A stretch of DNA of 63,985 nt, filler included, from Ionaspis alba (taxonomy: Eukaryota), in assembly GCA_964255285.1 (NCBI GenBank). It is 4 parts of 4 records of this genome, joined end to end, with 100 filler letters (N's around TTAATTAATTAA, not from the genome) between each part and the next. Parts side by side here need not be neighbours in the genome. Positions count along the whole stretch, not along the records: positions 1 to 16,591 come from CAXUUL010000343.1; positions 16,692 to 33,199 come from CAXUUL010000345.1; 2 more parts are not named here. One strand, 5' to 3'. The translations under genes and the position numbers were made by a program. A model generated the notes under the pieces. It saw only the letters and a list, made by a program, of their open reading frames with translations. It did not search any database and was not told the DNA's origin. The stretch's first letter is position 1. Each line of letters begins with the position of its first letter. Of this stretch, positions 13,232-24,503 are shown piece after piece.

Positions 13232-15093
13232 ATGAGCGACATGGCCGCCGATCTGACCTCGCAGGTCTTAGACGCCCTGTCCAAAATCGATGGCTCAATC
13301 CTTACCGCAGATGTCTTCCCTTCGGTACCCTTCGTCACGATCAAGAGTGCATTAGACCGACTAGGCTCGCGGCAGATGGTAACATATAAAGCAATAGACC
13401 GAGAAGAGGCTCTTTTGACTGAAGAGGCTGAGGGAATCGCTGCCGATGGAAGCCATGAAGCGAAGGTCTTCGAGGCCGTTAGACAGGCGGTGGAAGGTTT
13501 GAAAATTGCAGATCTGCCAGTATGTGGGGCGAAGTGTACGCCAGCAGTTTTGCATGAATACTCGGGCATATGGAAGACTGAATGATGTGCTAGGGTCTTG
13601 TGGGTAAAGAAAGTGCCAAACTCGGGCAAGGCAAAGCTCTCAGTGCAAAGTGGATCAAGATGGACAAGGAAAAGGGCCTATTAAGACCCAATGTATAAGT
13701 GCCTCGATGCCAAACCCAATCAGCTTCTGATTATTCAACTAGGCCGAATCAATCGTGGATATTACCCGTGAGCAGCTACAGACCATTCAAAGGACCAAAT
13801 CACACCCGGACAACAAGGTCATCAACGACATGAAGAAGAGGAAATTATTGAAGCTGCAGAAGGCTATTACTTTTGAGGTCAGGAAGGGACCGAAATTTGC
13901 CAAAGAATTTGTGAAAGAGGAGACGGATCTCACAGCGGACATGTTGGCTAGGTAATATCTTGGACTCGCCAACAACAGAACCTGGGTGTCTGACGTGGAC
14001 ACAGTGGAGCTTGGAAGAATGTGACCTTAAAGCCGTACAATTTTAAATCAAAAGGAGCTCTCACTCCCGCTGGAGCGTTACACCCACGTACGAGCTTCCA
14101 CTTCCCGCTGCTTCAAGACAGCCCACTTACGCCAAACAGTGAACAAGGTCCGGCACGAATTTAGGCAAGTATTCTTCGAGATGGGCTTTGAAGAAATGCC
14201 CACGAACAAGTACGTCGAGTCTTCCTCATGATGCACAAATACTGAGCTCCGAAAGCTTCGTCGAAACTGGATTCTGGAACTTCGATGCTCTCTTCGTCCC
14301 CCAACAGCATCCAGCCCGTGACCTGCAAGACACCTTCTACATCTCAGACCCAACCCGCGCTGATAAACCACGTGCCGACCCTACAGCGTCAGAAGGTACC
14401 CAAAAGCTTGACTACGAACAGTACTGGAACGATGTCCGAGAAGTCCATCAATATGGCAAATTCGGCTCCATTGGGTATCGCTATCCGTGGAAAGAAGACG
14501 AATCTCTCCGTCTTGTACTTCGTACACACACAACGGCCACCTCGACATATATGCTTCACAAACTTGCCGCTGACCCACGGCCAGCACGATACTTCTCTAT
14601 CGACCGTGTTTTCAGGAACGAAACCGTCGACGCAACCCATCTTGCGGAGTTTCACCAAGTTGAAGGAGTTATTGCAGATTTCGGCTTGACGCTTGGAGGT
14701 CTGATTGGTTTTATGGAAGCATTCTATGCGAAGATGGGCATCCACAAACTTCGCTTCAAGCCAGCGTATAATCCATACACAGAACCGAGTATGGAAATCT
14801 TCGGTTTTCATGAGGGACTGAACAAGTGGGTTGAGATCGGGAATAGTGGTATGTTCCGACCCGAGATGTTGGAGCCAATGGGACTACCAAAGGATATGAG
14901 AGTTTATGGCTGGGGTTTGAGCCTGGAAAGACCTACAATGATCAAGTAAGTGAAGATCTAAGATGAAGCCCTCCACTTAGATACTGATCACGCATTTAGG
15001 TACGGAGTCAACAATATTCGGGAGCTTCTGGGACACAAGGTTGATCTCAACTTCGTGGAAAGTAATGCTGCTGTTCGACTAGAGAAGAATTAG
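13232..15093 (+). CDS. FRS2: Cytoplasmic phenylalanyl-tRNA synthetase alpha subunit, multi-exon
   Basis: [75 protein letters not shown]. Canonical GT-AG introns join the pieces. Confidence 0.95.
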
Positions 15094-15169
15094 GCCAAAA
15101 ATAGAGTAAATAGAGCATTGATTTCCATTCCCTTGTTCTTCTAATCTATGTTCTTTTCGCAATTAGAGT

Positions 15170-16375
15170 CTAATTCACCGGCGGCACCGGAGTGTGCCCT
15201 CCACCAGTCGCCCGTCTGATGAAATTATCGATGGTCGTGCGCGGCGCACCCGGCGTGAAATAGGTGTCTTCCATATTTGCTCTTGTTTTCTCCTGCTGCA
15301 CAATCGCCCTTGCGAACATGTCTTCCTCGTAAGCCTTGATACCCTCGTTCAGTGCTTTTGGGTCTTCTGATTTCGTTCTTTCGATAATGGTGTGAGCCAG
15401 TTTCAGTGCATCCATCATGCCCAAATTCACTCCTTGTCCTGCAAACGGCGTCATCAGGTGCGCCGCATCTCCCATAAGAGTCACTCCAGGTCTGTTTTCC
15501 CACCTGTTCCCGACAGGAAGCATGTACAGGGACCGGGCAGTCATATCGTCCTCGTTGGCAACTTGGGTGAGCTTCACCAACAATTCCGTCCAACCTTGAT
15601 ACTCGGCCGCAATTGCCTTTCTCACCTCCGCGGCGTTCTTCACATCGTACCCACAATTCTTGATCCAGTCCTCCTCACGAACACTGAACACATAGACCAG
15701 GATGCTGCCGTCTCCTTTCTGCTGCGCCATCACGCTCTTGCCGTCGGTGTACGTGAACAGCGAACCTCGATTGACAAGCTTGTGTAGGTCGGGGAACCGC
15801 TTTTCCGCGTCCGCGATGAACAGATCCATGCCCCCCATACCAGCATAAAAGGGCTTGACATCCGTTACCAGGGGTCGCACCTTCGACCACGCACCATCAG
15901 CACCAACGATGAGATCAAAACCCCTCTCAACTCCATGCTCAAAATGCAATCCCAGCTCCTCATCCACTCGTTGCAATCGACATCCCCATCGGATACATCC
16001 TTCCGGCAACGACTCCACCAGAACTCTCCTTAGCTGCTCACGATCGAACTCAGGTCTTCCTCTACTGGTTTCCTCACTCGTATTGCCCTGAAGCTCGAGG
16101 TACTTTGTCAAATCCTTGTCTGCGATTGTGAGCGCTTCGCCGTCGTAGCGTGCATATTTCTTCAACTCGTCCCAGAGCCCAGCTTCTTTGATGGCTGCAA
16201 GTCCTGCGCGGGGATGCAGATCCAGGGTCCCGCCTTGAGCGCGGATGCTAGGCGATAATTCGCCTTCGAAAATGGTAACAGGAATTGAGGCGAGGTGTAA
16301 GAGACGCGCTAGGGTTGTGCCCACGGGGCCGGCGCCGATTATGGCTATCTTGGGAGGGTTGAATGAATTGGCCAT
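15170..16375 (-). CDS. FAD-dependent monooxygenase (class A, TetX-like), intronless
   Basis: IIGAGPVG Rossmann motif, GGTLDLH, RPEFDREQLR, DLIVGADGAWS, TLMGDAAHLMTPFAGQGVNLGMMDA. Confidence 0.9.
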   Translation of the reverse strand: MANSFNPPKIAIIGAGPVGTTLARLLHLASIPVTIFEGELSPSIRAQGGTLDLHPRAGLAAIKEAGLWDELKKYARYDGEALTIADKDLTKYLELQGNTSEETSRGRPEFDREQLRRVLVESLPEGCIRWGCRLQRVDEELGLHFEHGVERGFDLIVGADGAWSKVRPLVTDVKPFYAGMGGMDLFIADAEKRFPDLHKLVNRGSLFTYTDGKSVMAQQKGDGSILVYVFSVREEDWIKNCGYDVKNAAEVRKAIAAEYQGWTELLVKLTQVANEDDMTARSLYMLPVGNRWENRPGVTLMGDAAHLMTPFAGQGVNLGMMDALKLAHTIIERTKSEDPKALNEGIKAYEEDMFARAIVQQEKTRANMEDTYFTPGAPRTTIDNFIRRATGGGHTPVPPVN

Positions 16376-16591
16376 ACTGGAAGTTTGTCCGAGATGTTTG
16401 TTTGGTGTAGAGTAATGTGTTTGATCTTGATTTGTATCAAAACGATTGTAATATGCGATGACTGTATATTGAGAGATGATGATCCAGTCTTTCGGTGGTA
16501 GACTTCGTACATATTTGTAGACCTTCGTTTCCTTAGGGTTATTCTTCTTCGGCCCCGAGCCCCGAAGCGAGCTGAAGCTGTGCCATTTCGG

Positions 16592-16691
16592 NNNNNNNNN
16601 NNNNNNNNNNNNNNNNNNNNNNNNNNNNNNNNNNNTTAATTAATTAANNNNNNNNNNNNNNNNNNNNNNNNNNNNNNNNNNNNNNNNNNNN
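16592..16691. other. Assembly spacer: 44N + TTAATTAATTAA (six-frame stop linker) + 44N
   Basis: Directly visible; same structure at 33200-33299 and 49807-49906. Confidence 0.97.
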
Positions 16692-16815
16692 TCCCATATT
16701 CGCGGTCTAGGATGCTCTCATCAGGGTCGATAGTGGACAGGTCGTCCCCAGCATTAATAGTCGATGCCGAATCCGAGATCAAGTGATTACCTAGGTGTGT
16801 AAAAGCACCCTCCAT
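16692..16815 (-). CDS. NAM7: 5' fragment of UPF1/NAM7 NMD helicase, truncated by the spacer
   Basis: Translates MEGAFTHLGNHLISDSASTINAGDDLSTIDPDESILDREYG, resembling Pezizomycotina Upf1 N-termini (recalled, not searched). Open until the gap. Confidence 0.7.
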
Positions 16816-17361
16816 AATAGGTCAAGGGTTTGAAATTGTTGGAGTTTGTAGCAGGCTGGGGAATCTGAGTGCTGTTGTGGTAGACGATGCGTCTCAATGA
16901 CGCAAGGGAAGTTAAACAACCCGATCAAATAACTCTAGTAAAGCCTCTCACTCCCCTCAACCGGTAAACGAAAGTAAAGATTTGAACAAGGGAGTGCTAT
17001 CTGAGACTTCTCACATTTGCATGCTTGGATGCGCCCCGCTACTGTCAATCTGCCGCGCGACTCAACCTCTACTAAAATGCCCTGCAACCGCCAAGAAACA
17101 CTACTGCGGAGGATCTCCAGGCCGGCCACCGATGAGCCAAGAGGATAGACCAGTAGTATTGCAAGAATTTCTCTATAAAATGCTCTTTACCGCTTTCATG
17201 ACAATTCTGCTTGAGTGATTTTTGTTCCTATCCAACATTCCAATACTACATCTGGCAATGATATCCTGTTACAATGACCTATCCCAGCAACTCATCTATG
17301 ACTATGTACACATATGTCGATTCACCTTGTGCTCTATGTGCAAATAGCGTTTTCGTCTTCA

Positions 17362-18120
17362 TTAGATCACAACAGCTATCACAGTCAGGAGCCCAGCCAT
17401 GACTAAGCTCAAGCCAAGTCCAATATGTGGCGCACCGGCCGTGGCGATTGGTGTCATGCCCGAGCTTGTCGTCGACGCATTTCCGCTTCCTCCCACTCTT
17501 ACAGTCGTGTTGCTGCTGATGGCATCACAGGTAGTGAAGTTCATTCCACCCAAGAATTTCCCCACTGTCTGTGCGTCCTGCAAGTGGATAGTGTGCAGGA
17601 TGCTGGTAGCGAGCGTCACATTTGTCGCGCAAAAGTTGATGGTGAAATTAAAGGCCGAGGCTTTGCCATTGCAGACTGGCGTGACAGTGGTCGCATCATA
17701 GTCACCATAGAAGGAAACACTGGGAGTTGGGATGGTCAACGGCGCAAGGGTATGGACTTCGTAATATGGGCCATTGGCAGGCTTGGAGTAGACTGTGATG
17801 TTCTCGACTACATGGGCGCCGGCGGTGTTATAGTAGCGAGCTGTACCGACTGTGTTGTCTGGCTGTCTAAAGCCTTAGCGTTGTAGAGATAAAGAGACAG
17901 TGTGGGGTACACTCACACCGTCCAGAGTGACTGTGTTTTCCGGAATGTTGCTCCAAGTCAGGTTCTTGAAAGAGCCGATGATGGATATGACCTGCTGGTA
18001 TGTGTAAGGAGTGGTATAGAGAGCAGTATCCGTTGCCTTCGAATAGCCGGACATGCAGCCATTAGATTGAGCGAGCGCCACACGCGCAATCACGAACACA
18101 TACACAATACTGAATCTCAT
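17362..18120 (-). CDS. Secreted, probably GPI-anchored protein (SRPBCC/Bet v1-like domain suspected), 2 exons
   Basis: Signal peptide MRFSIVYVFVIARVALA. Intron 17863-17916 (GTGAGT...CTAAG...CAG). S/T/G-rich linker and hydrophobic C-terminal tail. Several N-glycosylation sequons. Confidence 0.75.
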
Positions 18121-19006
18121 CTCTGCGATCAGATGGGAGCAGAATCTCCTGTAGCTCTTGAAGATATCCTTAATAGAGTGAGATCGTGCAACAATACTGG
18201 AAATGAATGCAACGTCAAGTACGGAGGGATAGAGCCGTGTTGAATCACCTCCACCACCCATCCGTGATCCTCCCGCCCCTGAAGTGCCATGTCGGTAATA
18301 GCGCGAGGGGAGGGAGCGGGAAAGTCCATGTACGGAACGAGTTTCTGATCAATCTATTTTAGGGCTAGCATCGCGTCCAGCGATCTGGGCCCGAGAGCCA
18401 AGATTTGGGGACATGCAGGGCCTGTGGCCGACGAATCACTTCTTAGCAGCTATTATTTAGAACAAACATATCCTTTTTTCTCGTTCTCTAGATCTCCAAC
18501 ATATCGCACTGACTGAAGCCGTCCATGAGCTGACCGAGGTCTCTGAGTTGACCAAAGCACATGTATGTACTGTGGCACGCAGGAATCAGTGTTTTAATGT
18601 GTTTTATACTTAAGAAATCCATAAGAAATATGAACTCAAAAATCGTTTCGAACGAAGTCCTCGACTTTATTTCGTGCGTGCCTACACAGAGTGACTTTCC
18701 GCTTATGGATAGTCGTTGGTAACACATCGCTGCGCGAAGCTGGAATAGGCTTGATGAGGCAAAGGCTAACGAGAAGGAACAGTGTTTACAATATGGTCTG
18801 TTGACATTGTCATAAGCTAAGATCGACCAATGCATCAAGGCCTATCTGCCTACCTATATAGTATCCAACCGACCCACCAATGCCCAAACACCAGGGTATC
18901 ATGCTCAAATGTGCCGATCCAGAGATCCCGCCTTCGCTCACGCCATGCAATGACAATTTCCCAGCCACATTTCCTAAAGCCCCTTTCCCCCTTTCCAATT
19001 TTCCAC

Positions 19007-20450
19007 CTACTTGTTGCTTACATCCAGTACAAACCGTCGGTCGACTTCCATCTCCTGATCCTGATCGTCCTCAAATCTTAGTCGACAAACTCCTTTCGTC
19101 GTGCCGGTCACCTCAGCACGATAGAATGTCGTTGTCTCTGGATAACGCGCGAGGACATGCTTGCCGACAGGATGATCGGGGAGAACGGCATCTGGTAAAG
19201 GGATTGCGATAAGGGCTGTTGCGGAGGCTTTATAGACCTGACCTGGGGCACCATTCTCGTCGGGCTCGGGGTCTTGGACTTCGTAGCTACACGAGCAGGA
19301 TAGTGTTAGCATTGGCTCGCCAGGTATCATAGAGGAAGGAAGTAGACATGAAAATGCTGGTTGCCGGGTAATGAGCGAAAAGGGGCGAGAGAGGCGTGAA
19401 GATACCGTTTCTTATTTCCGACTTCCGTGATAGCAACAATACTGCATTGGATCCACTGACTGCCATCCTCTTTAATCTTCGCCTGCTTATATGCCACCTC
19501 AGCGCCCACGAAGAACTTCCCCGCCCGCTCCGCACTCGGCCCCTTAATACCCTCCGCGCCGCCATCTTCCAGCTTGATGGGGGCTTCTTTCGCATCGCGT
19601 GTCGAGACAACAGAGCCGCTGCGGGCAGAGTTGCCTTTAAGGCGCGAAACGGAACTGGACACACTTGGGGAGGGACCGGGAGAGTCAGCTGCTCCATCCA
19701 TCTCGATCTTCGGAGCGGGGCCTTTGGGCTTGCGAGACTTGGATGGACCGGTGGGGCGAACGGGTTCCTTTTCGCTGGCTGTGCGCAGAGCACGCAGAAT
19801 GCCGAGGTTCTTGATCAGGTCCGCGGGCTCTTCGTTCAGCATGCGGTGTTCTTCTTCGGCTAGCTTGACGTTTTCGCGGTAAAGGGCTTGGAGCTCGTCG
19901 ATCTCTTTCGTAGAGGGTGCTGCAGATGTATCAAATTAGTAGGGAGAATTGAACGACGGATACGAGCATTCCAAGCAAGATTATGATAAGCAATAGAAAT
20001 CAGTAAGACAATTAAGATTGTTTCGTATGTATAGAAAGATACGCTATCTTGTGCCAAATGGCAGGTATGAATAGTGGGATAATCATGAGATCATGCCACC
20101 CATCTCCGCCCTGAAATGATGGAAGAAGTGCTCATAAGCGCACAACGGTACGCGGGAAAGCCGACTTCTCATATATGAGCTACATGGTCTGTTTTACAGT
20201 CTCTTGTAGAAAATTTGCAGCATATATGGTCGAGACTTTGGGCCAGAGAAGCCCAGAAAATGAAGGACTTACATTTGCCCATCTTCTCTTCCATTTCGAC
20301 AATCTTGCTCGATACTTCTTTGCATCTTTTCTGGATCACACTACACTTCTTTATGTCCTTCTCGATCCCATCCCACATTGAGAGCTCTTCATGCGCATCG
20401 GCTGGATCCTCCTTAATAGCTCCATTACGAGGTCTGCTGCGTGCCGCCAT
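19007..20450 (-). CDS. SGF29: SAGA-associated factor 29 (tandem Tudor), 3 exons
   Basis: VAYKQ...QWIQC...R|YEVQDPEPD...VLARYPETTTFYRAEV...LRFEDD...VDRRFVL. Introns 19920-20272 and 19287-19405. Confidence 0.9.
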
Positions 20451-20829
20451 TTTGTGTCCGATTTCAATGGTAAGGTAGGACTGCTTTTGCGCGAGCTCGG
20501 AGTCCGGGACCGTTTTACCAGCTTTTTGGAATACTTCCGCCTGTAGAGCAGCAAGACCCTGTATAGATTTACCTCCAGGTTGATGTTGCTTGTTGTCCGG
20601 AGAAACAGCATTGTCGCCCCCCATGGTCGAGGGTTTGGCCGATTTCCGAGTTCGTGCCGTCATTGGCTACCGAAGCGAGTATCCAGATGTGCGTCAACAG
20701 GGGCTGCAATGACGTCCGCAGAGTTACCTACACCTTAGATTGGAGGAAGATTGTGCAGAGCCTGGTTTCTTTTAAGAAGCAAGTAGCTATCATCTTGAAA
20801 GAAGTGAAGTGATCGGCCAAGATCTCAAT

Positions 20830-22446
20830 ATGCAAATCCCTTTGATTCGCTTACAATGTGGTATGTTTGCTTGAATATTCGTGTTGAAACAAATATGTTG
20901 ACGCTATCTTAGGCGTGAACAACTATGTTTGGGGTATGAATTTGTGTTTGTCTTGACTACAAAGGAAGAGCAGTGTTGAGACTAAGATCGCAGGAAAGAT
21001 TGGCAAGGAGTCTGCAGCTGCCAGGTTTGCTGCAGCAACCCCTTCGGAGGGATTCTCCATTGAGGACGACAAGCCGTACTCTGAGGTATCAAGAGAGAGT
21101 CAGAAGGTTTCAGTGCACTTGTTGAGTATATACAGATATGGATGGGCACACATCCCAAGACCCCTTCCAAAGACCTGGAGACACGACGCCCTCTGCTCGA
21201 TCTCTTGCAAGACAACCAGGCGTTGATGTCCAAAGATATTGGGGAGAAATTCGGATGGTCATTGCCGTTTCTCTTCAAAGTTCTGTCAATTGACAAGCCA
21301 TTGAGTGTACAAGCTCATCCCAATAAAAAGCTTGCTGGGGAGCTTCACAAGAAAGACCCAGAGAACTATCCCGGTATGGCAGCTACGAAATCGACTTCTA
21401 GCTGCTACTGCTAACGCCAGTGGAAGATGACAATCATAAACCTGAGATGGCTCTCGCCATAACACCCTTCGAAGGCTTGTGCGGCTTTCGACCGTTAGAA
21501 GAGATCGAGCATTTCTTCTCTACAGTACCATCATTTAAAAAGCTGGTCGGTGATGATGCCGTCGAGCAGTTCGAGGCCACAGTTAAAGGGCAGGAGACCT
21601 CAGGCTCTGAAAACGCCAAAGCGAAGAACAAGAAAGTTCTCCAAGCTGCGTTCTCTGCTATGATGAATCGCGACAAGTCGACTGTCAAAGCTGCAGTTGA
21701 AGAACTTGTGCAATCTGCGAAGGACGAGGGCGAAAACTTCGCTGGAAACGGTGGTCCTTCTACTACAGGCGAAGAGCTCTCAGACCTTGTTGTACGATTG
21801 AATCGCCACTTCGAAGGAGACATTGGTATCATGTCGCTCTTCTTCCTCAATTACGTCAAGCTCGCCCCTGGCGAAGCTATGTTTCTCCGAGCAGACGATA
21901 TCCATGCGTATATCAGTGGCGGTAAAGACTGCCTGAATTTTTCACTCTACGAGAGCTGACCACCCTGCAGATATCATTGAGTGCATGGCAAACTCCGACA
22001 ACGTTGTTCGGGCTGGATTTAGCCCCAAGTTCCAAGACATACCCACGTTGATAACCATGCTTACATACTCCTATGCGCCAATCTCTGAGCAGAAAATGAA
22101 GCCAGTAGATTACCCCTATGTCACATTGAATAGCACGGCCTACTCATCAGGGTCATCGGCAATTCTCTATGACCCACCCATAGAAGAGTTTAGTGTCGTA
22201 AAGACAGACCTCAAGAAGTCAGGCTCAAAAGCAACTTTTGAGGCTATCCAGGGCCCAAGCATTCTGATATGTACAAAAGGGCAAGGGAAGATTTGCGTTG
22301 GGCCGAAGGTTGAAGACTTCAACGAAGGATACATATTCTTTGTTGGAGCCACTGCGGAACTCGTACTCGAGAGTACCGGCGAAGAGTGCATCAGCTACAA
22401 GGCGTTCTGCGAGTTGGGCCACGAAGAGACAAATGGCGTCCATTGA
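20830..22446 (+). CDS. PMI40: Mannose-6-phosphate isomerase (class I), multi-exon
   Basis: [65 protein letters not shown]. Short 5' exons with canonical splice sites. Confidence 0.95.
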
Positions 22447-22985
22447 CCGATTTAGCTCAGCAAGCAAGAGATGTCATGATAGCTTGGGTTGGAGACGACT
22501 CATGCAGCAAGTCCCATCCAGTTAGAAATAGACAACATAAAAAATAGCATACAGGAAGATTATTGCAGTTCTGTGGTCCTTTGAACGCTAGAAAAGATTA
22601 TTATGGTAGACTTTTCGCTCAGCTATGTTGATTAGATTCGCCCTTGCGCCTATGATGTTGCGCCCCACGTTATTTCATCAGCCAGTTTCCGCGGTGACAA
22701 TATATCAACCACAGCCACTCCACTCACATCTTCTGACACCGGTCGACAGCAATCCAGACCAACACCTCCAATCGTAGGTAGATTGAGAACTTCCGAGACA
22801 GTGTAGGTATAGTGGCCCAAGCCCCTTTGTTGTGCTGGTCATCCTCTAGTCACACATCGTGACACCGCATCTTGTTGTGACTAGTGCTCCGCTCTACCTC
22901 GAAATTCATGCAATGCATAATCTCTCTTTACAAAAGGCTGACAAGAATTCCCAGCACATCCTCTGACCCGAAGCACTTGGACCAG

Positions 22986-23590
22986 ATGCCAGACCCGCCT
23001 GTTCAGGGTCCCAAAGGATCATCTAAGGCTCAGAAGAGGAAGGTCAAAGCGATCCAAGCAAAGATCAACGAACTGCAGACAAAGATAAGTGAACTAGAAA
23101 TAAAGATCAGGGCCAATGAAACAGACCAATCCGAACTTCGACATCTCCGCTATCACGAAAACTGGACCACAACAGCACTATGTTACAGTCTTCTTGACCT
23201 GGGACATCAGACTTGGCATGGGCCAAACGGCTACCCTGAGGGTTACCACGAAGGTTTCAAGGAAGCTGCTGTTGACATAAGAGGAGACTATGACGATATC
23301 TGCAAAGCACTGGACGCTAAAAAAACAAACGGAGAAAAGTTGTGCGAGGAGGTGAGATGAAGACATGGAAATAGTACACCACATCAGCAGTGCTAATGAA
23401 CATCTAGAAGAAGCGCTGTGAGGCTGAGATTACGACTCTCGTTGAGAAGATGCATGAGGCCCCAGCTCAGAACGCAGATTCAGGGAATGCAGCGGAGAAC
23501 ATGCCAGGGGAATCAGCAGTGGGAGCAGCCAATAGTAGCGAAAACTTGGAACACGAGATGGAACAATTGAAGCTCGGAACTGGCTCCTGA
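22986..23590 (+). CDS. Hypothetical coiled-coil protein, 2 exons
   Basis: ORF with heptad-like KINELQTKISELEIKI. A GTGAGA...GCTAAT...TAG intron (~23353-23407) continues in frame to TGA at 23590. Confidence 0.55.
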
Positions 23591-23658
23591 GTATTCCTAG
23601 GTACTCTCCTAAGATCCTGTTGTATGTACAGATCACACTACCACAAAGAGTAAGAAAT

Positions 23659-24112
23659 TCAATTACTCCTTGCTCCTCCTCTGGCCGCTCTTAGCTCTTC
23701 CTGCTTTACAACCCTCCTTGTGTATTCTGCAAATTGACACTTCTCGTAACCATGTCTCTCCTCCTGTTGGCAAGACTCATTAAATATGACTGATATGACA
23801 TGAGGCTAGAACAACATACCTCACACTTCCACGGCAAATAGTACTCCTTGACCCGACAACGATTAAGAGGGATGAGGAGGTGGGCACAACTATCTCTGTA
23901 GGCTAGGGGCAACCGCGCGTCTGACATCTCTTCTCTCGTGGCAGCTGTGATGAATACATGTCAATTTATTGGGCAGTTTCCCGGCATTGATTGAATAAGG
24001 CAATCGTATGCGACCAAATGCAGTGTGCTAAACGTAGTGATAAGTGTTCCTTACGAGTCTGAGCTCCCCCGTCCATTCCAATTGCATGTTTGACAGTTTC
24101 TGTAACCGTCAT
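23659..24112 (-). CDS. NDUFB7: NADH:ubiquinone oxidoreductase B18 subunit (NDUFB7), 3 exons
   Basis: ATREEMSDARLPLAYRDSCAHLLIPLNRCRVKEYYLPWKCE|EERHGYEKCQF twin CX9C pattern. Confidence 0.92.
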
Positions 24113-24237
24113 GATGCCTGATCAACGAGTGCTATGGTGGCATGCAAATGCTGCTAGCTTTGATAGAGCATCCGTCGTTCATGTTTCGGCAATTGACGGA
24201 AAGGACGCTAATCCACAAATGGATCGAATCCTACTCT

Positions 24238-24262
24238 ACGCGTCCGTTAACCGGCGTCGCGT
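24238..24262. promoter_or_regulatory. Putative MCB (MluI cell-cycle box) elements
   Basis: ACGCGT at 24238-24243 and TCGCGT at 24257-24262, in the divergent NDUFB7/Mbp1 promoter. Confidence 0.4.
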
Positions 24263-24503
24263 CTTTCGATTTCAAAGTCAGGCGCTCGGAGGCACAAAAC
24301 CCTAAGGCGCCCTCCCTACCGCACAATTCCACATTCAGAATCATGGAGATAGCACCAACTCAGTGACCGCTGGAACAAAGCTATTCAGGCGCGCTTTGTC
24401 GAATTCCAAGTGTGAGCGTTCCAGGATCGTTCGGCATCTCGCTACTCTGCAGCGCTTACGACACAGCGGTGCGCCGTTGTATTCAAAGAATACCCCCACC
24501 AAT

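Noticed and set aside
16533..16541. TTAGGGTTA as a telomeric repeat or telomerase template
   Set aside because: Only 1.5 units with no supporting structure, which is expected by chance.
16636..16647. TTAATTAATTAA as a biological palindrome or site
   Set aside because: It is centred in N runs three times, so it is an artificial six-frame stop linker.
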